This document shows, in pieces, positions 19,547-29,059 of a DNA stretch of 64,000 nucleotides. Source of the DNA: a virus. Every line of letters begins with the position of its first letter. The stretch's first letter is position 1. The DNA lies in IMG/VR virus record IMGVR_UViG_3300035670_013228, positions 113,881 through 177,880 of that record; one strand, 5' to 3'. The notes beneath the pieces are model-generated. The model searched no databases, was not told the DNA's origin, and saw only the letters and a program-made list of their open reading frames with translations. The position numbers and the translations under genes were made by a program.

Positions 19547-20652
19547 ATATTTGTTATAGTTCCATTATTAATAGTATTTTCATTTGCTATAAATCTTCCT
19601 CTAATAGAACCGTAGTTGATTCCATTTTTTAAAGTAATTCTTTCTCCAACAACAGTACCATAATTAATAAAATTATCTAAGAGAATATTAGGACTAACAA
19701 TGCTACAAGAAGGAGTAAGTACTGTGCTATTATCTTCGTTATCAGCTCCTTCTATTCGTATAGAGTCTGATGGTCCAAGATATTGATTTATTCTGGATCT
19801 ACCGTCATAAGGTAAATTATTTTGATCATTAGATAACGATCCCTGCATCTCAATAACCATTCTTTGTGTTTTTGTTGCTTGTAATCCATTAATAACGTAT
19901 GCGTTAACTATATTTATTTCTGGACTATCAATTAATCCTATAATATTTTGTGAATTAGAAATATTGGCTGTTTTATCAGCTATTACTGATAAATCAAATA
20001 AGTTAAAATTATTAATGTTAACTATATTACCAGAAATCAAGGTATTCTTAAAATCATCGTTATCTCCGTCGTTTAGGGTGATAGTCTTTGTAGATCTTAT
20101 AGATGAATTTAAAAAAACAGAATTATTAATTTCTATATTGCCAACAAAAATATTTGTATCGGATAAGTTTACAGTATTAAATAATGATGTATTATTTATA
20201 TCTTTTTTAGATTGATTAAGACTATTAATACTTCCACTAATATTTGTTAGTGTTGTATTTTTATTAACGCTAATACTAAATGGTTTAATATAGCATGGTC
20301 CACTTATGGTGAGTGTATCACAAGATATTAAGGCTGTAGAAAAACGAGTTTCATCAGCTGGAGATACTATATTTAGTGTTGTGGATGTATTACATATAAG
20401 TTGAGCTATTCGGTTTGATGATCCAGACTTTAAATTTATGGTAAAAGTACCATTAGGGGGTTGATTAACAGTTAAAGAAGCTATCTCATCCAAACAGTTT
20501 AAAGAATTCATATTTAGAGTAAGATTATTGGCGCTTGGTAAATCTGCTAGTAAACAAACAAAATCTTGGTTTCTTCTTGATATAATTTTAGCTGGTTTTG
20601 TGGTAATAACATCTGTCCAGAGATTAGAAATATCGCATAAAGATAAATTCAT
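19543..20652 (-). CDS. Asn/Ile/Ser-rich beta-rich protein (possible beta-helix, structural)
   Basis: Repetitive N/I/T strand pattern and C-terminal INYG repeats. Confidence 0.45.
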   Translation of the reverse strand: MNLSLCDISNLWTDVITTKPAKIISRRNQDFVCLLADLPSANNLTLNMNSLNCLDEIASLTVNQPPNGTFTINLKSGSSNRIAQLICNTSTTLNIVSPADETRFSTALISCDTLTISGPCYIKPFSISVNKNTTLTNISGSINSLNQSKKDINNTSLFNTVNLSDTNIFVGNIEINNSVFLNSSIRSTKTITLNDGDNDDFKNTLISGNIVNINNFNLFDLSVIADKTANISNSQNIIGLIDSPEINIVNAYVINGLQATKTQRMVIEMQGSLSNDQNNLPYDGRSRINQYLGPSDSIRIEGADNEDNSTVLTPSCSIVSPNILLDNFINYGTVVGERITLKNGINYGSIRGRFIANENTINNGTITNI

Positions 20653-22442
20653 GTTGGTGGTGGCCTATAATAAAGTTTTTGCTCTTTTAAAATATCTTTA
20701 ATAGATTCTACAGGATAATATTTTTCATGATCTAGATCTTGTTTTGGAAATCCCTCAGACAAAGAGATAGCGAATAGAAATCCAAATGCAGATTGATATT
20801 TTCTACAATCATAGGGATCGCACCTTCCAACAGAATCCGCTCCACAATTACTACATCCAGCAAAGTCATGAGTAGGAAAATAAGAAATCATACATCTAAG
20901 ATGGCTTTCTGTAACTAAAAAAGCTCCTGTGGGTAATTCTCCCCATTCCGGATGACCGCCACTATTCCACTCTCCAAAAGGACATTGTAACACATATACA
21001 CACTCATTATATAATGTTTTTGTGTCGTCGTAACCTATAATACTATAGGTTTGATAAAAAATACGATCCGGATACGATACGCCCGTAGAATCTCTAGTAT
21101 CTGGGAATCCTACATTAGTCAATAATAATACTCCATATCCATTCCACAATAGATCTTTTACTCTTTTTAACATCCATTCGGAGTCTGTTGTTACATTAGC
21201 ATAACTATCTACACTTGCTTTAAGAATCAGAGAAATAGTTTTAGCTTTATAAATGAACAAATAAGGAAATTCTTGTAATTCGAGAACTCGATTTTTTAGA
21301 AATGTATCTTCAAACATTATTGGTAAATTATATGCAGAACATTGACTTGTAAAATCGGCATATCCATCATAACAAGCTCTTTCTAAGAGTCCGACTTGTT
21401 TTAATCTATCTCCAACTCTACCATTAGCAAAGGTACCATCAAAAATTCCATCATCAGATTTTACCCATAAAGAAAAATCTATTAATCTATTACTTAGTGC
21501 TTTACTTTTATTTTTGAGTGTTGTGCTTAAGGATCTAGCTGCCGATCCGGTTACTCCCTCGGCTTTTAAAACACCTTTTTCTATTACATCAAATAAGCCG
21601 GATTTTTCTGATAATGTTATCATTACGGTGGTATTACAACATTCATTAGCATAATATATAGTCCCTTCTTTGCAACATGGATGATTTGGATCTATTGGTT
21701 CTCCATTTTCTTTTTTTGGACATTCTGAACAACTGGCACATTGTGGATTTTCGGCATTAGGAGGAATACAAGTATGACTTGCTCCCGCAACTCCTTTTGG
21801 AGTAGTTGGAAAACATAACATACCCACATCATTTTCGGCAGCTTCCTCTAGAATGGATCCGTCCTGATCATCGGATGATGCTCCAGATATATCATATGGC
21901 TCATTACTTTTTACCTTATATCCTGGGGCTCTATAAAATTCTGCTACTACAGGATCTACTAGATCTGGACCGCACATCATTAAACAATCTGGTAAAGAAT
22001 TATGAGCAAAATATTCTAAATATTCTGTAGCCATTCTAGCATACCAGTGATTTTGCAAATTATTTGCTATTAAATAACAAGCTCTTGATAAATCACATGT
22101 ATTTCTTACAGAATGAGATGTTCCCGCCCTAACATTGGGTTGTCTCTCTTTGTATGCTTCTATATCCATAGATTGTAAAAATCTAAAAGATAAACATAAT
22201 TTATACTGCCCAGTATCTAGTATTTCGTCTATATGTGGAGCACTTTCGAAACAAGGATATTTTACATGTTTAAAAAATTTGGTTATTCTAAGCCAATTAA
22301 TAGGGGTCCCAGCTCCGACATCATAAAATGGTCCAAGAGGATCGTATACATCATCAAAACTTAACTGACTGTACGGAGATCCTAAATATCTTGTGCAAGG
22401 ATCGTTGGAATATTTTTCGTATAATTCTTTTGGAGTTAGCAT
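20649..22442 (-). CDS. papain-like (C1) fold paralogue lacking catalytic residues, with Cys-rich insert
   Basis: ERQ...GTSHSVRN, QTYSIIGYDD and QCPFGEWNSGGHPEW align to the peptidase at 25496-27442. Start reassigned to MLTPKELY. Confidence 0.75.
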   Translation of the reverse strand: MLTPKELYEKYSNDPCTRYLGSPYSQLSFDDVYDPLGPFYDVGAGTPINWLRITKFFKHVKYPCFESAPHIDEILDTGQYKLCLSFRFLQSMDIEAYKERQPNVRAGTSHSVRNTCDLSRACYLIANNLQNHWYARMATEYLEYFAHNSLPDCLMMCGPDLVDPVVAEFYRAPGYKVKSNEPYDISGASSDDQDGSILEEAAENDVGMLCFPTTPKGVAGASHTCIPPNAENPQCASCSECPKKENGEPIDPNHPCCKEGTIYYANECCNTTVMITLSEKSGLFDVIEKGVLKAEGVTGSAARSLSTTLKNKSKALSNRLIDFSLWVKSDDGIFDGTFANGRVGDRLKQVGLLERACYDGYADFTSQCSAYNLPIMFEDTFLKNRVLELQEFPYLFIYKAKTISLILKASVDSYANVTTDSEWMLKRVKDLLWNGYGVLLLTNVGFPDTRDSTGVSYPDRIFYQTYSIIGYDDTKTLYNECVYVLQCPFGEWNSGGHPEWGELPTGAFLVTESHLRCMISYFPTHDFAGCSNCGADSVGRCDPYDCRKYQSAFGFLFAISLSEGFPKQDLDHEKYYPVESIKDILKEQKLYYRPPPT

Positions 22443-22446
22443 AAGA

Positions 22447-23628
22447 TTAAGAGATAATGTTTTCTGTTTTGATAAATAATGGATATATAGTAGCGGACGT
22501 AGAGGAGTACGCATTAGCGGATACGTATTTTATACCATTAATAAAATCTGGTCCTACGTATGTTCTAGTATATTGTACATTACTAATACTTGCATATATA
22601 CATATAGTATTAGAATTATTTGGACTATTAGAATTTAATGTCAATGTTATAGGTTCTCTAATAATAATTGGATCTATACCATTCAAAGCAAAGCCAGGAA
22701 TTCCGTTTCTGTAGATTTCTGAACAATCAGTATCATTAGGACCATTGGTATTTTTTATAGTTATAGGATAAGTATGTATAGTATTAATAAAATTATTACC
22801 TCCTCCACTAATACCAACTTTAAGTTCGAATGTATCAACAACAAAAGACGAGCTAGTTTCTGCAAAATCCTGAGAATTTTGATTAGATAGTTCTAGTTGT
22901 TTTCTCTCATTCGTAAGGCCAGAGGCTGGAACGAATGGAATAGGATCGAACGTTATATTTGATACCTTTAATCCAATGGTACACAACAGTTTCAAACTTT
23001 CATTAGTCTTTGATTGATAAAAATCACTATAGTTAATTGATAATAAATTATATCCGCTAGTCGATGGAGCAAAATTATTATCTAGATTAGATATTATTTC
23101 AGCAGTGGTCTTGGTTTTGGTTTTTTCAGAATTCAGAATAGTATATTTGTGTGGCCATGCGGACTCTATCGTGTATGCTATACCATTACCGTCTAACATA
23201 TTTAGACCAGTAGTAGATATTATTCCGCTATGGAATGGTGGTCCTGTTTTGCCGTAAACAAGCGACGATGCAGTGTTGGAGGCAAAATTTAATTCTATAT
23301 TATTTCCAGCTACACAATTTAAACCTGTGGTGCTAATAGTTTGATTATAAGGAAAATCTGTAGCATAATCATATCTCATTAGATTACCGGTGAGCGGCGA
23401 ATGATTAATAGTTAAAATATTTGCGCCACTATTATAATATGTACTAATTCCAGACTGTGGACTAGTTAATAGATTTAGTCTAACTATATATCTTCTGATT
23501 AAACCTAATGGTACTTTGATATTTTCTGGAAAAGATCCTTCCTCTAAATGACCAGTAACCACAACCATTAGATCTTTATCCAAGATGTATGGAGATAGTG
23601 GTAGATCAGAAATTTTACTATCTGCCAT
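22447..23628 (-). CDS. probable virion structural protein
   Basis: N-terminal MADSKISDL...DLMVVVTG module shared with the neighbouring gene; S/T/N-rich. Confidence 0.55.
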   Translation of the reverse strand: MADSKISDLPLSPYILDKDLMVVVTGHLEEGSFPENIKVPLGLIRRYIVRLNLLTSPQSGISTYYNSGANILTINHSPLTGNLMRYDYATDFPYNQTISTTGLNCVAGNNIELNFASNTASSLVYGKTGPPFHSGIISTTGLNMLDGNGIAYTIESAWPHKYTILNSEKTKTKTTAEIISNLDNNFAPSTSGYNLLSINYSDFYQSKTNESLKLLCTIGLKVSNITFDPIPFVPASGLTNERKQLELSNQNSQDFAETSSSFVVDTFELKVGISGGGNNFINTIHTYPITIKNTNGPNDTDCSEIYRNGIPGFALNGIDPIIIREPITLTLNSNSPNNSNTICIYASISNVQYTRTYVGPDFINGIKYVSANAYSSTSATIYPLFIKTENIIS

Positions 23629-23648
23629 TTTTTATCCTATTTTTATTA

Positions 23649-24443
23649 TTAGATTATTTTTTCCGCTTTAAGCCAACTACCTTTCTTTAGTACTCCGCTT
23701 GTAGCTTGGTCGTTACTATCGGTAGTAAAATCGAACCGTATTGTATCAGCTTCTGAACTATTTGTTTCTACAATAAATTTATTGACCAAGGAAATAGGCA
23801 GGCCAGTGGCGGATGAATGAATAGTTTCTACTGCTAAACCATAGCCACTAATTGATGATGTTGATCCTCTTAAAAGTAAGACTCCTTCATTATCCAAATG
23901 ATAATGATTCCAATTTCCATATATTTGTGTAGGATAATTAACTTCCATAGTACCTGTTACAGCAATAGAGCCTGATATGTTCATATCTACTTCGTTACCA
24001 ACAAATATTGCGCCAAGTTCACATAAGTATTTACTGTTACCGGATAAAGGTATACTTAGATCTGAACTTTGAACCCATAAAGATCCGGTGGCTGGTAAAT
24101 CGGAACTTTGAAATTTAATTATTTGTTGTATTTGTCCACTTACAGTACTAGCAAAATCTGTAATATTTGATGCTGTATGAGTATGGGATGTGTATGCATA
24201 GCCACTAACATTAATATTGACTTTATTCGGTAGTGTTGCGCTGATAGTTGGTACTAGATGTATACCGGTGCCATTAGTAATAAGTTCATCTATATTAACA
24301 ATATTATTTACTAATCCAGATAATGGAAATTTATGTGTGACTAGTGTTGCTCCGGGGGTGCCTACTCCGGTAACAACAACCATCAAATCTCCGCTAGCTA
24401 CACTTTGTGTTGCTGTTAATTCAGATATTTTTTTATCGGCCAT
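23649..24443 (-). CDS. probable virion structural / fibre-like protein
   Basis: MADKKISEL...DLMVVVTG module and a fibre-like SHTHTASNITDF motif. Confidence 0.6.
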   Translation of the reverse strand: MADKKISELTATQSVASGDLMVVVTGVGTPGATLVTHKFPLSGLVNNIVNIDELITNGTGIHLVPTISATLPNKVNINVSGYAYTSHTHTASNITDFASTVSGQIQQIIKFQSSDLPATGSLWVQSSDLSIPLSGNSKYLCELGAIFVGNEVDMNISGSIAVTGTMEVNYPTQIYGNWNHYHLDNEGVLLLRGSTSSISGYGLAVETIHSSATGLPISLVNKFIVETNSSEADTIRFDFTTDSNDQATSGVLKKGSWLKAEKII

Positions 24444-24454
24444 ATTTTATCCTT

Positions 24455-24703
24455 TCACTTATTTAAAAATTTGTTATATAATATTAAGCTTATAATACCA
24501 CCAGCAACACCCATAAATATACCCGAAGGACTTAGACTATCATAAGTGCCTAAGATATATAGTATAGCTCCACCCATGTAAGAACCAGCAACACCAAGAG
24601 CTATTGTTTGAAAAAATCCAAGTCTTAAATTTATTGGTACAATAGCTTTAGCCAATGACCCCACAAATAAACCATACACTATCCAGATTAAAAGATTAAA
24701 CAT
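24455..24703 (-). CDS. GlsB/YeaQ/YmgE (transglycosylase-associated) membrane protein
   Basis: Three Gly-rich TM segments: WIVYGLFVGSLAK...TIALGVAGSYMGG...GVAGGII. Confidence 0.8.
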   Translation of the reverse strand: MFNLLIWIVYGLFVGSLAKAIVPINLRLGFFQTIALGVAGSYMGGAILYILGTYDSLSPSGIFMGVAGGIISLILYNKFLNK

Positions 24704-25085
24704 TTGTTGCCTCCAGAAGCGTTAAAGATTCACTATCATTGAGATTCTTACCAACTTCCATGATGGCATTTTTTAAACTAACTCCATATTGTTTATACTG
24801 TTGTTTACTCAAGTGTTGTTTGATTATTTTATTTAATCTATAATTATTTAGCCAATTATCTTTAATAGTTAAATTTACTATGGTATGTCTAAGATCCAAA
24901 GCTTCGCTCATTTTATCATTTTTGCGTCTTTTGCTTCTACATTCTTGAATAACTCTTATTAAACTAAGTATAACGCCAATCACAATAATTATTGTTATTG
25001 GATCAAAACCATAGTTATTATTTTTAATATTTGCTTTATCTATTACTTTTTGAGCAATATGTTCTAAATTAGGATCTATTTGCAT
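24696..25085 (-). CDS. single-TM membrane protein
   Basis: FDPITIIIVIGVILSLIRVIQEC. Confidence 0.6.
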   Translation of the reverse strand: MQIDPNLEHIAQKVIDKANIKNNNYGFDPITIIIVIGVILSLIRVIQECRSKRRKNDKMSEALDLRHTIVNLTIKDNWLNNYRLNKIIKQHLSKQQYKQYGVSLKNAIMEVGKNLNDSESLTLLEATNV

Positions 25086-25097
25086 ATTATATCTCTC

Positions 25098-25328
25098 TTA
25101 GGGTAGGCAATAACCACAATCAACCATTTTGATTCCATCGCCACTCAAATATTTACCACTTCCTTTGCACACCGGACATTCTTTTCTTTTGTATTTTTTA
25201 ACTGGTTCATTGCCAATATTTTTTATTATAGCTCCGGATAAAACAACAGGAGCAGACGAATTACCACTGTATCTGGATGATCCAAATATTATAGCAATAA
25301 ATAATAGTGGTAGTATTAGTTTATTCAT
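25098..25328 (-). CDS. small exported protein with CPVCKGSG / CGYC Zn motif
   Basis: Hydrophobic N-terminus MNKLILPLLFIAII and a DnaJ-like CxxCxGxG. Start reassigned to 25328. Confidence 0.6.
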   Translation of the reverse strand: MNKLILPLLFIAIIFGSSRYSGNSSAPVVLSGAIIKNIGNEPVKKYKRKECPVCKGSGKYLSGDGIKMVDCGYCLP

Positions 25329-25488
25329 TTCTACCTCTTGGAAATAGTCGTTTGCGTTTTGTTGGTGGTTTGGGAACGATAGAATCATCTGATTCTGTTT
25401 TTGGTACTACTAATTTTATAACAGATAATATAAAGCTTAAAATAATAGATATTAATCTATTTAGCGCTAATTTATCCAGAAATCTCAT
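25321..25488 (-). CDS. 55-aa hypothetical protein with hydrophobic helix and basic tail
   Basis: Manual translation MRFLDKLALNRLISIILSFILSVIKLVVPK...KRKRLFPRGRNE; fills the gap between genes. Confidence 0.55.
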   Translation of the reverse strand: MRFLDKLALNRLISIILSFILSVIKLVVPKTESDDSIVPKPPTKRKRLFPRGRNE

Positions 25489-25495
25489 ATTGTTC

Positions 25496-27442
25496 TCAGC
25501 TTTCTAAATAATCAAAACCATAGTCTGGTAATTTTTGTAATGGAAATCCATCAAAGTCGCTAAAAGCATATGCTCCGTTGCCTTTTAACATACCAGCTGC
25601 TACATCTGCTTTTATTAAAAATGACCCGTTTGGAATAGTGTCCCATTCAGGATGCCCTCCAGAGTTCCAACTATTCCCACACCAAACAGCCCTTCCGTTT
25701 CTTCTAACATACATAATATGATTAGGAATAGTAGCACAATATATTTTACCATTATAAGGTAATAATATTGGTTTTGTTCCGTTATGTTCTCTTGGTGTTA
25801 GTGAAATTTCTTTTATATTAAGTCTATATTCTTTATGTCTAGTTATATTTTTATGACCATTTTTTTCATTATCTCTACCAATACGATTAATCTCTATTAT
25901 ATCTGCGGCTAATCCTATTTTTAGTATTAGTTCTTGCATATCATCTGCTAGTTTTTTTGAGGATGTATAATAATTAATTTTCCCATTAGACCTAGAACCA
26001 TCTCCTAGCATCATAGCATCAAAAAATATTTTTTGTTGTCTTGATGATAAATTTTTTATATAGTCTGGGATATATTTTTGATGAGCTTTACCATAAATTT
26101 TCAATTTATTATATAAGCTTTTGTCATAAGACACCATATTCGAAGAAAATCTAAATGGTAGCTTATTTATACAATTTTGTATTATTTCTCTTGATTCTTT
26201 TTTATTCTGACTTATACCAACTAATCCATAATATTTAATATCTCCATTAGACATTACTTTTTTATGATTACAAGTATGTCCTTCAGAAATAAAATATCCT
26301 AAAAATTCTAACCATAAGTCCATAGATATAATATTTGAGCCTATTTTTATATTCTCGACTTCTTCTCCTTTCCATTTTGCATTTTTTTTAATATGAATAT
26401 ATTTAGGGCAATTTTGTGATTCTATTAATTGCCAAGAATCAATTCTATCTAAATCAGAATTTAACTTACCAATATACATATTATGATTATCTGTAACCAA
26501 TAAATCTACTCCTCTAAAATGATAATGATTTAAATAGCCATTATAATCATACTCAAATTTTTGTTGAATTTGTTGCCACTCTAAATAATGATTATTGGGA
26601 TTTAATGTTGCTAATATGTCAGTGTCTGTTAAGTTTTTAAATAATTTCCATCCTGTTTTAGTAAGCACTTCAGTATCGTCTGAATAACAACCCCAACTAT
26701 TTTGTACTAAAAACGCTGGTTCACTACCAGTATCATCACAAGCAATCCAGGCCATAGCGTGAGCCCAAGAACCTTGTGGTTTAGCAAAACCCTTATTATC
26801 TCTTTTATTACTAAAACCATACATACTACAAACACTAATACCATAACCATTAGCTAAGGCATCTCGTGCTTCTTCTACTGTTCTTACTAAACTAACAGTT
26901 TTTACTTGATGATCATTAGCTAAATCTATAACTTTATCTGGTAGTCCTCGTCCTCCCCAACCAGCACCTAGCATACCTTGATATTTTGTTAAATCTATAA
27001 CACCCTTATAATCTTTTCTGACTAAAACTCCACCATACTTACTTACAAATTCTGCTGCTCTAGCACAACTCATACCCTGACCACCATGTCCTCTTGCTCC
27101 ATAAATAGCTTCTGTTGCTCCTCTTGCTATCCATGCTTCTCTATTTCTCTTAACATCTATTTCTACAGCACGAGTAACATCTACCGCATTACGGGTAGAG
27201 TGGCTAACACAGTCACTCGTCACCTGACGCTCATTATATGGATTCTTATCAAACTTCAAAACACTTTTGTATGGAGTAGATAGTTTACCCTTGCCTGTCC
27301 CAACTATTCTTTTTGCTCCATCACCAAAATAAGCATATTTAGAAACTTCTAATAAATGATCAAAAATATGCTGTTCCCACAAGCACCCTTGAAATCCATC
27401 CTTATAAAGTTTGTATAATTGTTCTGGTGAGTATCTAGCCAT
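25496..27442 (-). CDS. papain-like C1 cysteine peptidase containing an intein
   Basis: ERQVTSDCVSH (oxyanion Gln, catalytic Cys), SWAHAM (His) and QNSWG (Asn), interrupted by an intein. Confidence 0.88.
   Translation of the reverse strand: MARYSPEQLYKLYKDGFQGCLWEQHIFDHLLEVSKYAYFGDGAKRIVGTGKGKLSTPYKSVLKFDKNPYNERQVTSDCVSHSTRNAVDVTRAVEIDVKRNREAWIARGATEAIYGARGHGGQGMSCARAAEFVSKYGGVLVRKDYKGVIDLTKYQGMLGAGWGGRGLPDKVIDLANDHQVKTVSLVRTVEEARDALANGYGISVCSMYGFSNKRDNKGFAKPQGSWAHAMAWIACDDTGSEPAFLVQNSWGCYSDDTEVLTKTGWKLFKNLTDTDILATLNPNNHYLEWQQIQQKFEYDYNGYLNHYHFRGVDLLVTDNHNMYIGKLNSDLDRIDSWQLIESQNCPKYIHIKKNAKWKGEEVENIKIGSNIISMDLWLEFLGYFISEGHTCNHKKVMSNGDIKYYGLVGISQNKKESREIIQNCINKLPFRFSSNMVSYDKSLYNKLKIYGKAHQKYIPDYIKNLSSRQQKIFFDAMMLGDGSRSNGKINYYTSSKKLADDMQELILKIGLAADIIEINRIGRDNEKNGHKNITRHKEYRLNIKEISLTPREHNGTKPILLPYNGKIYCATIPNHIMYVRRNGRAVWCGNSWNSGGHPEWDTIPNGSFLIKADVAAGMLKGNGAYAFSDFDGFPLQKLPDYGFDYLES
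25673..26689 (-). mobile_element. 339-aa intein with LAGLIDADG homing endonuclease
   Basis: Block A CYSDDTEVLTKTGWK, block B VTDNH, LAGLIDADG helices FLGYFISEG and FDAMMLGDGS, block G ...GRAVWCGN followed by Ser at +1. Confidence 0.93.
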
Positions 27443-27945
27443 TATTTACTTCCCTCATAAAAAGCCCATGCTAAACCATTAAAAGCTTCAACAGCTTTTT
27501 TTCTAAGTTCAGGATCTAGGGCCACATTATCATCTCCGATATGCTGTACAACAACATAAGTAGCGGCCTGCGTTAGATCAGGATATTTACCCTTAAGATC
27601 AAGATTATAAAAAGCTCCAGCTATTTTATTAGCTTCTCTAATCTCATCAGTATTTTTAATTACTTCATCTTCACCGTCTAGTTCTATTAGTCTTGCCAAG
27701 TCAGAGAATAAACCACTTAATTTCACACCATCAACTGATCGATCAGAACTTCCGGATTTTAGAATTTCGGTTACTTTTTCACAATTATCTTTTAGTGATG
27801 GATCCAACGGCGCTAGTACTAATGGAACATTATTTATTGGATTAGTTGATAGATTATTTTTAATAACTGGTCCAAGTAATCCGTATGCTAGTAATAGTCC
27901 TCCAATAGTTAGAACTATTATATTAGTATTATTTTTAATATTCAT
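27442..27945 (-). CDS. N-terminally anchored membrane protein
   Basis: TM segment IIVLTIGGLLLAYGLLG followed by a helical domain. Confidence 0.6.
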   Translation of the reverse strand: MNIKNNTNIIVLTIGGLLLAYGLLGPVIKNNLSTNPINNVPLVLAPLDPSLKDNCEKVTEILKSGSSDRSVDGVKLSGLFSDLARLIELDGEDEVIKNTDEIREANKIAGAFYNLDLKGKYPDLTQAATYVVVQHIGDDNVALDPELRKKAVEAFNGLAWAFYEGSK

Positions 27946-28298
27946 TTGTTCTCCTGATCACAAACATTAGGACTAAGATATGGAAATGCACTATCTAAAA
28001 CCTCAACAGCTTTTGGACACCCCATTTTTTCTGCTAAATCCCTAGTATTTTTCCAACTACTAATTAGTTTGAGAAAATCATTATCATTAGTTTTAACTGT
28101 GGTTACAGGCGTAGATGTTACGGCGTCGTTTTTGACCTTATTCACAACGCTATTATAAGTATTAATTATTAGATCTTTTAATGGAGTTAATTTATCCTTG
28201 AACAATACAAATAATACTAAAGCGGCTCCGCCGTAAACCATTAAATCCGTTGTTGATAATCGACTACTAAATTCTTGAAAACTTTCGGCATAATTCAT
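27942..28298 (-). CDS. single-TM membrane protein
   Basis: LMVYGGAALVLFVLF. Confidence 0.6.
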   Translation of the reverse strand: MNYAESFQEFSSRLSTTDLMVYGGAALVLFVLFKDKLTPLKDLIINTYNSVVNKVKNDAVTSTPVTTVKTNDNDFLKLISSWKNTRDLAEKMGCPKAVEVLDSAFPYLSPNVCDQENK

Positions 28299-28311
28299 AA
28301 GATTCGTCCTT

Positions 28312-28740
28312 TCAGACTAAATAATTGTTTTGAACTGTTAACTTTGGTTTAAAGACGCCCGCTTCTCTAAAGATTTTAACCATACTATCAATTGTTGAAC
28401 TGACCAAAATCATAAGAAAACTTTTAACATAAGAATGAATGTACCCTTCTATTATGTGAGGTACAACAGGAATGTCAACTGCTAAAAATAAGCTATCGTA
28501 GAATTTACTAATCATGCTCATAGCAAGAGCTTTTTTATCTGGACTACTTAAATCATTTCCTATTATTTCTATAATTTGAATAATACTAGCTATTGCTAAC
28601 TGTAAAATTTTCCATGCTTGATCAATTGCAAATCTTTTAACATCCTTAAATGATTCTTTTGTTCTATTTATCAGTTTTTCTACTTCGTTTAGTATTAGTT
28701 CTTGGCTTTTTGGTTGTTCGGGACTTTCTTGGTTTATCAT
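28312..28740 (-). CDS. hypothetical helical protein
   Basis: GAGGAG RBS before ATG 28740; overlaps the upstream gene by 77 nt. Confidence 0.55.
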   Translation of the reverse strand: MINQESPEQPKSQELILNEVEKLINRTKESFKDVKRFAIDQAWKILQLAIASIIQIIEIIGNDLSSPDKKALAMSMISKFYDSLFLAVDIPVVPHIIEGYIHSYVKSFLMILVSSTIDSMVKIFREAGVFKPKLTVQNNYLV

Positions 28741-29008
28741 CTTTTTTCTCCTCATTAACAACTGGTGGGGTGTTGACAACTTCTGGTTTGATTTCAGCTT
28801 TAATATTTTTTCTACTATTAATATACTTATATAATATTACAAATTGACCACCAATTAGAATACAACTTTCCACAGCATGACTAACAACACTAATAAGTTC
28901 TTCTTTATTAGTATGATCATTAATAATACCGGTTAGATATAATCCACTAAAAATAAAACTAACGAGTGTAAACCAGAACTCGCTTGTGCGGTATCCGGGT
29001 TTGATCAT
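28664..29008 (-). CDS. two-TM membrane protein with basic tail (holin-like)
   Basis: KPGYRTSEFW followed by two hydrophobic segments and a K/R-rich C-terminus. Confidence 0.45.
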   Translation of the reverse strand: MIKPGYRTSEFWFTLVSFIFSGLYLTGIINDHTNKEELISVVSHAVESCILIGGQFVILYKYINSRKNIKAEIKPEVVNTPPVVNEEKKDDKPRKSRTTKKPRTNTKRSRKTDK

Positions 29009-29059
29009 AATTTTTCTCCAAAAATAAATACTATATAATAATACACCATCTCATTTTTA

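Noticed and set aside
22443-22514. Long gene overlaps implied by the ORF track (e.g. 22447-22514, 30424-30496, 31001-31077, 4803-4855)
   Set aside because: They vanish when starts are moved to downstream ATGs with RBS or stop-start coupling; they are artefacts of longest-ORF calling.
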